From NCBI RefSeq assembly GCF_001194135.2, contig NC_068981.1:191306706-191370705 (forward strand): 64,000 nucleotides of DNA. Direction: 5' to 3'. Of this stretch, positions 27,492 through 41,300 are shown in pieces. Origin of the DNA: Octopus bimaculoides. Lineage: Eukaryota. The stretch's first letter is position 1. Every line of letters starts with the position of its first letter. The notes under the pieces were generated by a model that did not search any database, was not told the origin of the DNA, and was given only the letters and a program-made list of their open reading frames with translations. The position numbers and the translations under genes are program-made.

Positions 27492-27849
27492 NNNNNNNNN
27501 NNNNNNNNNNNNNNNNNNNNNNNNNNNNNNNNNNNNNNNNNNNNNNNNNNNNNNNNNNNNNNNNNNNNNNNNNNNNNNNNNNNNNNNNNNNNNNNNNNNN
27601 NNNNNNNNNNNNNNNNNNNNNNNNNNNNNNNNNNNNNNNNNNNNNNNNNNNNNNNNNNNGTCATTTCATTATTTAACCCTTTCGTTACCAACCCGGCTGA
27701 AACTGGCTCTGGCTCTGTAGGAGAAATGTCCTGTTTTCATAAGTTTTGAATTAAAATCTTCCACCAAACCTTAATCACAATTTATGTTCCTAACACTAGC
27801 TGAATGATAACTAAGTTATTTTACTAAATTCTTTGTTATATTTCAAAAT

Positions 27850-27902
<53 letters not shown>

Positions 27903-30900
27903 CATCTCAAAAGAAATACGGTAATGAAAGGGTTAAGTCTTAAGATTCTTCACTTCCACTTTTGCATTCAGTCCTCTTCCTGCTCCTCAGAGAAAGATTT
28001 TTTTTATTTCAAGTTATTCTTTATTGCTTCTTTCATTTTCATTCACTCTTGATCTGTCTATTTCTCATTTTCTTTTGTTCTCTTTCCCAGTTGTCTATAT
28101 TTCTCTTATTCTATCAAGTGCCTGTTGATCAACTGATTTTCATTTTTGGAGCAGGAATTTTTGTGTGTGATAACCTTTCCATTTTCATTCTTCTCTTTCT
28201 TTTCTATATAGGTTCCCCTAAATATCAGTTTAACTATTCTACTCCCCCCTTGCTTCTCATTAAAGCAATTACCATTTAATCATGGTATCTGTTTGCTCTG
28301 CAATGAAAGGTTACAATGCCACATAAAAAGCACTATTACTGGTACCACGTAAAAAGTATTGGTGATGGTGCCACATAAAAAGCACCCAATGTACTCAGTA
28401 AAGTGGTTGGCATTAGGAAGGGCATCCAGCTGTAGAAACCAAGCCAAAACAGACTATAGAACCTGGTGTGGCTCCTCACCTTACCAACTCATGCCAGCAT
28501 GGAAAACAGACATTAAATGATAATGATAAATGATGGTGAGATATATATATATCATCATCATCGTTCAACGTCCACCTTCCATGCTAGCATGGGTTGGACG
28601 ATTTGACTGAGGACTGGCAAACCAGATGGCTACACCAGGCTCCAATCTGATTTGGAAGAGTTTCTACAGCTGGATGGCCTTCCTAATGCCAACCACTCCG
28701 AGAGTGTAGTGGGTGCTTTTACGTGCCACCGGCATGGGAGCAAGACCGCTGCTCTGGCAGTGATCCCACTTGGATGATGCTGTTAGCGCTCCACTGACAC
28801 AGGTGCCAGCCATCAAATATATATATATATATATATATATATTCTCCTGTTAATTTCAATATGAGTTGTTTTATCAAATGGATGACCTACTCATTGGATT
28901 AATGTACAAAGGGTTTGAGTTTTCCATAGACATGCATACCCTTAGAGTAATTCTACAGTAGACAGCATGGCACCAGTGTGATGAGGTTGGGCTTTGGAAT
29001 TACATGTATAGGCCATCCAACAGACTTTCACTCAGCCTCAATCCAAATTCAGTCACAAAGCTGGAGTCAAGCCAAGTTTATGGGCAAAGGCACCTGACCA
29101 TGATGCCACCCAGTGAGATTGAACCTGAGACATCATAATCGTGAAGCTGACTTCTTAACCCCCTTTCTTCTTGCACATCTGTATGTATGTAGATATATTT
29201 TTATATAATTGTGTTCTATCGCTGCAGATTGTTGTGAACATCACTGATGCCAATGATAATGCACCCAGATGCACTTTCCCGCTGTATAAATTTACGCATG
29301 TAGAAGATTCCTTTTTGGGTTCCATTGTTGGAAGAATTCATGCCACAGATGAAGACAGTGGGAAAAATGCCAGATTGAAATTTAGCATCATCGGAGGCAA
29401 TGTCGGTAAGTTATATTGATTTGTCTCTGTTATGACTCTTCCAGTAGTCTTTGTCTGTGTGATTCCATTCACATTAGTCTTCCGAAACTGTCTGCCCTGT
29501 GCTAGGGAAATTGTGTCCAACCATTCCTTCAGATGATGATGATTATGATCCACAAAATTCAAAAGAAAACCTTCATAACCCATCAAATACTGTTTCAAAT
29601 TTTGGCGTGAGGCCAGCCGTTTTGAGTGGAGGGGGTTCATCAATTATATTGACCCCAGTACATAACTGGTGCTTTTATTTTTTTTCTTTATTGCCCACAA
29701 GGGGCTAAGCATAGAGGGGACAAACAAGGACTAACAAACGGGTTAAGTCAATTACATCAACCCCAGTGCGTAACTGGTACTTAATTTATCGACACCAAAA
29801 GGATGAAAGGCAAAGTCAACCTCGGCAGAGTTTGAACTCAAAACGTAACAGCAGACGAAATACCGCTAAGCATTTCGTCCGGCATGCTAACGATTCTGCC
29901 AGCCTGCCGCCTGGTGCTTTTATTTTACCAACATTAAAGGATGAAAGGCAGAATTAACCTCAGCAAGCTTTGAGCTGTTGTTGATGTGATTCTTGATAAA
30001 ATTTTATGATTGATTTGTCAAAGAAAAAAAAGCTCAAACAAAATCAGAACTGGTCAGCCACCTCAGAACCAGCCATGGTAGAAATGCATTATATTCATGT
30101 GTGTGTTTTAAGTTGATTTGATAATGACATCATGACAACTACTGTGCATGCACTTGTACCGTTCTTTGCAGCTTTTCTTTACTTGACTTTCGATGTCTGC
30201 TCTCTGCCCTTTCTTTTAACCTTTTCTAACAAGCTGTAGCGCACCTGAGCTCTATATGCAATAAGCTCATCATCATCATCACCACCATCATCATCATCAC
30301 CACCATCATCATCATTGGTGAGCTGACAGAATTGTGAGAGTAGAAAGGTGGTGAGCTGGCAGAAACGTTAGCACGCCGGGCGAAATGCTTAGCGGTATTT
30401 CGTCTGCCGTTACGTTCTGAGTTCAAATTCCGCCAAGGTCAACTTTTTTCCTTTCATCCTTTCGGGATCGATAAATAAAGTACCAGTTACGCACTGGGGT
30501 CAATGTAATCGACTTAATCCCTTTGTCTGTCCTTGTTTGTCCCCTCTATGTTTAGCCCCTTGTGGGCAATAAAGAAATAAAAAATAAGAATTGTGAGAGC
30601 ATCAGGAAAAATTACTTTGCACCATTCCTTCTAACTCATTATGCTCTGTGTTCAAATCCTGCCAAGTTCAACTTAACCTTTCATCCTTTTGAGGTCAGTA
30701 AAATAAGTATTGATCAAATACTGGAGTCAATGTAATCAGCTAAAACCCTCCCCTAAAATTGCTGGCCTTGTGCCAAAATTTGAAGCCATTGTTATTAATA
30801 TAATTCTTCTTCTAATCTGTATGTTTGATGTAATCACTTGCCAGGACACACCTAGTACCCCAGGGTGACAGTTAAAAGATGTTGAAATATAAATGAAAAC

Positions 30901-31162
30901 TTGGGGAAGGCAAGTGAGGAAGGCAATACAGAAATACATTTATATAATACAAAACAAACATTTAAACTGATAGAGTTTTTCTAAAGCTGTGGCTGGTACT
31001 TGTCAACAAAATCGTTTGGACTTCTATGGGATATGGTTCTCCTGGGATGTTTCTTGATGTTTCTGACATCTTTATTTTTATCATACCTAGGACATCAACA
31101 ATAACTATTATTATTATTATCATCTATGCAATTTTGTGTACCTTCGTGTCAAAATATTAACA

Positions 31163-31220
<58 letters not shown>

Positions 31221-31493
31221 AATACCACCAGGTTTGACAGAATTTGTTGAGGCAGATTTTCTGTGGCCAGATACACTTCCTCTCACCATCCCTCATAAGT
31301 TTNNNNNNNNNNNNNNNNNNNNNNNNNNNNNNNNNNNNNNNNNNNNNNNNNNNNNNNNNNNNNNNNNNNNNNNNNNNNNNNNNNNNNNNNNNNNNNNNNN
31401 NNNNNNNNNNNNNNNNNNNNNNNNNNNNNNNNNNNNNNNNNNNNNNNNNNGTGGTGGAACAAATACACACACACACACTCACGCACACACACA

Positions 31494-31529
<36 letters not shown>

Positions 31530-32319
31530 AACACTCACACACACATTCACAAACACTCACATAATAGGTTTCTTCCAGTCTCTGCCAAATCCACTCCTAA
31601 GGCTTAGTTGACCCAGTGCCATAGTAGAAGACACTTGCCCAAAGTGTCACACCACAGGATTGAACCCCAAACCTTATGTTTAGGAAGCAAGCTTCTTAAC
31701 CACTCAACCACATTTGCACTTCAGTAGCCACATAAAATCTTTTATCTTCCTTTTGTTGAAACTAAACTCATATTAATTAATGACACTTGTTTGATATTAA
31801 TCACAGAGAATTTCTAGCCATGATCTTCTGACAAATAACTCTGTTAAGTATGGATTCTGTTTTGTACTGCTGTATTTGTTGTTGTTTTCCCATATCACCC
31901 CCACCCCTCCACTCCTAGGCATGTCATTTTCCATCAGTAATTAATCAGTTATTAATATTTGTATGTTATTCTTCTAACAAGATAATCAAGATGATGCTCA
32001 GATCTTATCATAAATTTTATCACACATTCATTTGTCCAATATCTTCCAATCTTTATACCTGCTGGTTATATATCGTTAGAGAACTTACATTTACTGGTGG
32101 TGGTCATCATCATTGTAGCATCCACTTTTCCATGATTGCATGGGTCAGATGGAACATTCTACAGCCAGATGCCCTTCCTGTCACCAACCCTTGCCTGTTT
32201 CCAAGCAAGGTTATATTACCTTTTGGCCAGACATGTTTAACATGAAAAACTGGAAATGAACAGCAATGATCATGGACTTTGTTTATGACCATGATATCAA
32301 GGGCACACACACACACTCA

Positions 32320-32372
<53 letters not shown>

Positions 32373-35300
32373 CATCCACATGTATATACATAACAGGCTT
32401 CTTTCAATTTCTGTCAACTAAAAACTTTTGTCCCAGGTACCGCTCAGTGAGACTGAACCTGAAACTATGTGGTCAGGAAGCAAACTTCTTAACCACACAT
32501 CTGTACATGTGCTCATAGTGATATCTCTATAAGTAAGAGAACTTATGTCTATGATGGTGTTCTTATATAATGTTAGAGAACTTATCCTACAGTTATATAC
32601 ACTTATACTTCAATTTGATTAACATTGGCCAATACACACGCATACACACATATCCTCCAGTAGAAGTCGGTTCAAAGTATCTGTTTTTGATATTGATTGA
32701 ACACTGTTCAATATTCTCCATAGACTGGAATTATTTTGACAATATTGAGTTGGAAGTATTAAAACTTTGTTTCTACAGATTGTTTTGTCAATATTTATTT
32801 ATCTGTTCCATAAAGAAGAAGATGGTCAATAAGAGAAAACACAAGACATAATATTTCATTGTGGCTAGTTCAGTTTTTATTGTAACTAATACAGTACTTT
32901 ATTGTTCTGTAACAAAGATATATTTTTGGCTGGTTGACAGATGAACAAAAGTTTGTGTGATGCTCCAAACACAAAATACTTATATATTATTAACAAAAAA
33001 TGTTGTTATTGTGACAAATAACAGAAAAAATATATATTTAAGCCAAGCGAGGAGTCAGTTGGTGTGTATCCATGAGAGATGTGTATCAGCAATGTTAGAA
33101 GCATAGATTCTTACAGTTAGTTGGCTTATGCTATGTCACAACAAACAGCTAGTTGTAATTATGAGGTAAACCAACTATATATGGCTGATGGCCTGTCAAA
33201 GAGAAGGTGTCAAAGAAAAAATGAGATTTCACTTTGTTGTTTATAACATCTTGGATTCTAATGAGTTAAACATCTTTTGGTTCTATTGTTTTCACTTTCA
33301 GCGACTTGAATGAATTGATCCTTTACTGACGTCATCAGTCTGTGACAGAATCCTGTTTTTATTCTTTAGTTATTTTTGCATTTGAACACAGTGATTCAGG
33401 TTCAATTCTTAGCCAATGAGTCAGTGTTTGGGACTCTCTCAGTATTCCTGTTACTGTTCTAAATTGATATTTTGAAGAAGAGTTTTTAACTTTGCCTTTC
33501 ACCCTTTCTGGGTCGATTAAGAAGCCCCAGAAATGGGTTGATACAATTCAGTTGCAAAAGTTGCTTTGTACCACTATGTGGAATCTTTTCTTTAGAAGCA
33601 TCTTTTATCATTCATAATCACTTGTTAAGTTTCTCTACTTTCACAATAAAACACCAAACACTCCTCCTGTACATTACAACAAAACCATATTCTTCCCTGT
33701 GGACTTTTTGTTTCTTAACCTTACAGGAATCCCCCTTTCTGGTAAAGATAGCATCAGATTGACTCGCAGCCCTATACACCTCCTCTCTGCACCCCTGATA
33801 AATAGGTTAACAGTCAGTTGATTATTGTTGTTATTAATCCTCAGGTAGGATCTGATTAAGCTGACCTATTTTCAAAAGTATCCCAGCCATTCCAATGATC
33901 TCTCTCTCTCTCCCTCTCTATCTATTTATCTATCTCCCCCTCTCTCTCTCCCTCTCTCTCTCCCCTCTCTCTCTCCTCCCCTTCTCTCTCTCCCCCTCTC
34001 TCTCTCTCCAAGAATAATGTATCTAGAATTACATTTTCTAAAATGTCTTTAAGACAGCAAGATTGGTTTGAGGAAGGTTTGGCTACTATATTTTCAACAG
34101 CTTGAGTGACATCATAGAAGCTCCCCAACCCATCCCAGCTGGTTGTTTTAGATTGCACTCAGGATGTTCCTCTATGTCACACAGCTTCACAAAGTGGTTG
34201 CTTCTTCATTCCTTGAAGACATATACTCTGATGAATCCATTTGGCTTTAGTCCTGGCATATCCATACCAATTTCTTTCACACTAACATTTCCAGCATCTT
34301 TGAGAAAATTCTCACAATGAACATATAAAAACTGATCAAAACTTCAATACATATCTAACATGATTTTTGTTTCTTTTCTCTTCTAAATCAGGAAACACGT
34401 TTAAGATTACAAACAATGGTGACCTAATGTTGAATGAAATTCTTGACCGAGAAACAGTGAATATCTACAATTTGACCATTTTGGTAAGATTTTTTTTTTG
34501 TTACTTAAATTTTCACATGGGAACAGACATAATAAAATCAACAGATTCATATTGAAGTGGGGTTCATGATTAACTGAACTATGGAAAGAAGGGGGTCAGC
34601 AATTTGTTTTCATAATGGTTCATTTTCAATGTTTTACTCTTTCCCATAACCCGTGTAATATTTATATCATATCTTAGCAGTAACTCTGTCTTGGACCCTA
34701 CAAGTCATCGGGCTGGTGACCCAGTTTCCATGGCGTATGACTGAGATCACAACAGTGTTTCTCCACCACCACCAAATCTGAACAGGATGCTAGTTCATTG
34801 CTGGGTTACTCATCTGCAGCTAAGTGGACAGGAGAAACATAAAATCAAGCGTTTTGCTCCAGTACACTATGCCTTATCCAGTTCGGGAATCAAAACATCT
34901 TCACATCATATCTTACATACAAAAATATCTTTGCATACCTACCATCCTCTATTTCCAATAGAACCTCTCAGATTCATCTGTGAACTGTGGCCCACCTGTT
35001 ATCAACCTCTTGATAACAGGGGGGGTTGCAGATTATAGGAGTTACAGAAATAATTGAGGGCTGGATTACTCCCCCTTATTTTCATTAGTTATGTCCCTTT
35101 AAGTGTTTTTTTATATATAATACTAGCAGAGATACCCGGCGCTGCTCGAGATAAAAATCGTTTAGTTTGTATATACAAAATTTTGTGCTGCATCTGAGAA
35201 AGTAACAGTTAGTTCGTGATATATATGTGTTTACGTATGTATATGTGTAAATGCGTATGCATGCATATACGTATTTATGTATGTGAGCATTTATATATGT

Positions 35301-38300
35301 GTGTAGACATGTCTGCATATGTGTACGAACATGTAAATGTATGTTTATGTACTGATATGTGTGTCTGTTCAAGTTGTATATATAACTGTTACTCCATCAA
35401 AGGTTGTCATCATCATCATCATCGTCGTTTAACGTCCGCTTTCCATGCTAGCATGGGTTGGACGATATATATATAACTCTGCCAAATTAGATTGGAGCCT
35501 GGTGTTGCCATCCGGTTTCACCAGTCCTCAGTCAAATCGTCCAACCCATGCTAGCATGGAAAGCGGACGTTAAACGATGATGATGATGATATATATATAT
35601 ATATATATATGTTCTGAGCACATGATCTCAGATCAAGACACTTGCTATGCAAATACATCTCCGTAAATAAAAAGATTATCTCTATGAAATGTCATTGTTT
35701 TAATCGAAATGAAAATAAAATTTCGTATTGACATTGACCAGCCCTCACATACCTCGCATAAGGTAACTTACACAGAAAGACACACACATTGTGAGACATA
35801 TATACACTCATACACTCACACACATACATTCACAGACAGATACACAATCATACAAAATGTGATGTCATCATTGTCAGAATTAAAAATAGAAGTATAAAAG
35901 TGAAATGATATATCACATTACAATATAGATGTTATTCTTTCACTTTTATTCTTTGAGCTTTGACATATAATACGGAATCAGTGCCAATGTTGCATTGTTT
36001 TAATTCAAAAACATTGCATATTGACACTCACATGGTCTGATAGTATTACCATGTAAAATTTAGTTTGATTTAGTTGAAACGTTTGTGATATATATATAGA
36101 GAGAGAGATTATATGATAATGATGTAACTAACAAGTTCAGCAAATATAATAACATTAGTAAAACCAATATCATCTTAACTAGTTTGAATACAATTAGCAA
36201 AGAGGGAAGCTTGGTAAAGTAACCTTTCATCCTTAACAATGATAATGAGATCAAAACAACAATGATAATGAGAAACAAAACAACATGAAATATGATAAAC
36301 TATGTCCACTGTCTTTGTCATTGTATATAATTGTTATGAAAGTTAATATATACAGCATGGCATTGTGTTTTCATATTGATAATCTATGTGAAATTGGTGG
36401 TCATGTGATCTGTTAAAGAAATTAATGTTTGTAATACACTTCAATCATTGGGCAATAAACTGTGCTTGAGAAGACCTGTTGAGTCAAGTAAAATCATTGT
36501 CGTGGCCAATGCTAGTACTGCCTGACTGGCACCCGCGCCAGTGCCACCTGACTGGCCCTCATACCGGTGGCACGTAAATTGCACCCACTACACTCTCGGA
36601 GTGGTTGGCATTAGGAAGGGCATCCAGCTGTCGAAACACTGTCAGATCAGACTGGAGCCTGGTGCAGCCTCCAAGCTTCCCAGACCCCAGTCAAACCGTC
36701 CAACCCATGCCAGCATGGAAACCGGACATTACACAATGATGATGATGATATATTTGTATATAATATATATATATATATATACATATCATCATCATCATCA
36801 TCATCATCGTTTGACGTCCGCTTTCCATGCTAGCATGGGTTGGACGATTTGACTGAGGACTGGTGAAACAGGATGGCAACACCAGGCTCCAATCTAATTT
36901 GGCAGAATACCTACATATATTATTATTAAACAAGGATATTATTGACAGTGACTTCAAAGAAAAATTGTTTTCATTATAACTGATTATAAAAGCAAACATT
37001 AACATGTGTGTGTGTGTGTATCTGTTTATGTACTTGCACAACAGAATTCTGTACAATTTCCACATACTGAATTCTATGAAAGAAGATACCTGATCAAGAT
37101 GTCACACAATGAAATTGTAATCAGAACTAAGTGGTTAAAAAATCAAACTTCTTAAATACCACAGCCCACAATTTGTTTTTGTTTAAAAAAAAACAAATTA
37201 GATTTTCTCAAAACTCATTATTTAGTAAAATGGTAGAACAGTAGAAACACAAATATCTTTCAGTAGTTAGTTCCATTCCTCAATATTCTTAGTTCAAATC
37301 CCTCAAGATCAGCCTTACTTTTCGGCTCTCTCTGGAGAGTTTATAAAATATGTGCTAAACTCAATACAATTCACTCAATTCTTACTGTACAAATGTCTGG
37401 CTGTTTGCCAATGTAACCAATCAATATATTCTGTTTAATAAAGCAAATTTATTGTTTCCTACTGAAGAACATAGTTAGTGAGGCAATATGATACTAGTAA
37501 AGACATCCTGGAATAAACACTGTAAATAAAGAAAAGAAAAGTCAACTTGATTCCATCCAAATTTTTACTAAACAGAATGGTAAAAGATTATTTTTTATTG
37601 AAGTTACTTTTATCTATTTCCAAAATACCACATACACATATACACACTTATGTAAACAAAGCATCCATTCACATGCACACACACACACCCTCATTTAACA
37701 TTCGTTTTTCGATACTGGCATGGATTGGATCTGACACACTTCAAGACTGCATGAAACTTCAGCATTTGCTTTGGCATAGTTTCTATGACTAGATGCTCTT
37801 CCTAACACCAACCACTTTGCAGTAAGCATTGGGTGCTTTTTTCATGTCACCAGCATTGCTAGGATTACCAAATAACTCATAACTAAGTTATTTGAGAGAG
37901 GAGGTGGTAACTTTATGCCAAAAGCCTTTATGTTAAAAGGCTTAAATACGATGGAGGGATAAGCACAGGTGTCTTGCTATAGAGGAGATACATAGCTATC
38001 CCATACAACAGTTACATACATAAATCAAAAAATATATTTACATACATATATACTCTTTTCTCCTCAAGGGACAAGGGTCGAAACTTGGGGGGGGGGGCAG
38101 TCAATTAGATTGACCAGTACACAACTGGTACTTAATTTATCGACCCTGAAAGGATGAAAGGCAAAGTTGACCTCAGTGGAATTTGAACTTAGAACGTAAA
38201 GACAGACGAAATACCGCTAAGTATTTCGCCCGGCGTGCTAACGTTTCTTATTTCTTTACTGCTCACAAGGGGCTAAATATAGAGGGGACAAACAAGGACT

Positions 38301-41300
38301 GACAAATGGATTAAGTCGATTACATCGACCCCAGTGCATAACTGGTACTTAATTTATCGACCCCCGAAAGGATGAAAGTACCTCAGCGGAATTTGAACTC
38401 AGAACGTAACGGCAGACAAAATACCGCTAAGCATTTCGCACGGCGTGCTAACGTCTCTGCCAGCTCACAGCCTTCCAATTTACATACATATATAAACATA
38501 CAGATGACAGGTTTCTTCCAGTTTCTGTCAACTAAATCCACTCATAAGGCTTGGTTGACCCAGCATTAAACCCAAGAGCTTGTGGTTAGGAAGCAAGCCT
38601 CTTAACTAATCAGCCACACATGATCAACCAGACTTTTAGATGTTGCTATACATTGCCGCTCACAATGTGCTTTGCATTGTTTTAGGTTTTGAATGATTCC
38701 ACCCTGTTGGATAGGTGGGCAAGCCAACATTCCCCTGATCAGAAGCCTTATCTGTCACAGGGTTACCAATTACAGCTGAGTGAACTGGAGCAACATGAAA
38801 TGAAGTGTCTTGCTTAAGAACACAACACACAACCAGCCTAGAAATCAAAACCACAATTCCATAATCACAAGTGCAATACTCTAACCTCTTGGCCACTTCC
38901 AAATAAACTTACACATATATGTACACATATAAACATTTACATGTACACACCCATATAAACCCACACATATACATCCACCCATATACTATTCACATTCATT
39001 AATTTAAATCCTGTTAATATTGATCTCCCTTAATATGGTTTTATTCTATAATTAATATTCAATGCTATTTTTCAGGTCCAAGATGGTGGTGACCCTCAGC
39101 TTAATGGGACATGTTCAGCCATTGTATCAGTGGAAGATGTCAATGATAATGACCCAGTCTTTGAACAGCCCCAATATAATGCTGCAGTCCGGGAAGAAGC
39201 ACCACCATATCAATCTGTAAGTTCTCTCTCAGAAATATCTTAGAGATGTTAGCTTTAACCATTAACTGGCACTCCACCAGTTACAACATTGAGGGTTCCA
39301 GTTGATGCAATCAACAGAACAACCAGCTCATGGAATTAATGTGCAAGTGGCATTTATGTAGTCCTTGGGGTGATTCAGCGTGATACAATGTGACAAGAGT
39401 GGCCCTTTCGAAATACAGGTGCAACTCATGTATGCCAGCTGAGTGAACTGCTATAATGTGAAATAAAATGTCTCGCTCTAGGATAGAACACGCCACCAGG
39501 AATCGAACTCATGACCTTATGATCATGAGCCAAATACCCTACCACTAAGCCACTGAGTGGTCATCCAGTTTGTATTGATACAACATCTGAACGGAAATTA
39601 TGTACAGCTGAAATCAGAAATGTCTACATTACAATTAAAATTTGGTTTGGAAATACCTTATCTTATTTTTTAGGAAAGTTTGTTGTTATTTTTCTAGATA
39701 CAGTTTATATTCATGCCACAGATATTATCATCATTTAATGTCCATTTTCCATTCTGGCATCAGTTGGATGGTTTAACAGAGGCTGGTGAGCCAGAGGACT
39801 GTGCCATACTTCAATGTCTGCTTTAGCTTCGTTTTTGTGTCTGGATGCCCTTCTAAATGCCAACCACTTTACAGAGTGTACTGGGTGTTTTTTTTTATGT
39901 CACTCTGACACTAGAGAGGTTACCAAGTAGCTTACTAGGGAACACACCTCAAATGAGTTGGGGTGTAGTGTCGAAGGGGGGTGGCTTTGTGCTAGATGAT
40001 GAGAAGTTAGTTTGATAAGGAGGACAGGAACAGGTGTCACGCTGTGGGGGAAATACATGGTTATTCCAGTCAGAAGATGATGATGAAGTCATGGTGTACC
40101 TAAGAGTTACAGGAAGGTAAACTGAATATAAATGGTATGGGTGGATAAGTTAGTTTGTAAGAGTTAAGTGGAGGCAAGGATCATCTGTGAATATCAGTTG
40201 GAGGATGTAGGAGCGGGTCAGGTAGATAATAGGTGAGTGTGGGTGGTGTGAAGTGAGTGTGGGTGGTGTGTGAGAGTGATGCACAGACCTAGGGGCAAAG
40301 TCAGAAGTAATGGGGAGGGAAGATGGCCACTGGCAAAATGTGGGTTTGTACAGAGAAAGGAGAGGTGAAAATGGTGTTCAGTGTAATAAGAAGGTAAGGG
40401 AAGATATGAGGGCACATGTAGCTGGAAGTGGTTTCAATCACANNNNNNNNNNNNNNNNNNNNNNNNNNNNNNNNNNNNNNNNNNNNNNNNNNNNNNNNNN
40501 NNNNNNNNNNNNNNNNNNNNNNNNNNNNNNNNNNNNNNNNNNNNNNNNNNNNNNNNNNNNNNNNNNNNNNNNNNNNNNNNNNNNNNNNNNNNNNNNNNNN
40601 NNNNNNNNNNNNNNNNNNNNNNNNNNNNNNNNNNNNNNNNNNNNNNNNNNNNNNNNNNNNNNNNNNNNNNNNNNNNNNNNNNNNNNNNNNNNNNNNNNNN
40701 NNNNNNNNNNNNNNNNNNNNNNNNNNNNNNNNNNNNNNNNNNAGTTTATTTTTTCTGTCGTTTATTCCTAGTTTCAAGGGAAGTAACTCTTTAGTGATCC
40801 GACAATTTTTGCTTTGTCATAACAGGAGAAGCGGCTACGATTATGTCCCTTGTATCTGTGAAACGCAATTAAGGAAACTACTGCTAACGTTCTTGATATT
40901 TTTTATGTTTGGGAAAGAAAACGGACAACAATTTTAATCCGATGATTTCGGCCATCATTTAGTAAAGCACTCAATACATTTTAAAATGAGTGAAATCACG
41001 TGGTTCCAGGTTTTACCACACTGTGCAAGTGTCTTCTTCCATGCGCACACTCTTCACGTCAGAAAATCTTTGCATGTAAACTTTGTTAAACGAAATTATC
41101 AAGTGCTAACAGTATCGGTGTATTAAACAAAAATTACTTGTATTTGAATTCATATCGATTACGTTCCTTTACACATAACGATGTCGATATTACATACGTT
41201 TATACCATATCTGATGGCCACTACAGTTTCAGCATCGTATCTTCAGAAAATACAGTTTTTGATGCATTATAGCTTATGGGAGGCCCAACTTTGTATAAAG

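Noticed and set aside
36060-36278. Hydrophobic 72-aa minus-strand ORF resembling a mitochondrial membrane protein (NUMT?)
   Set aside because: No recognisable mitochondrial motif or neighbouring mt-tRNA; low-complexity AT-rich DNA explains it.
40997-41002. E-box CACGTG in the CpG-rich segment
   Set aside because: It lies within a short SINE-A remnant (ccacatggttcc variant), so it is not independent regulatory evidence.
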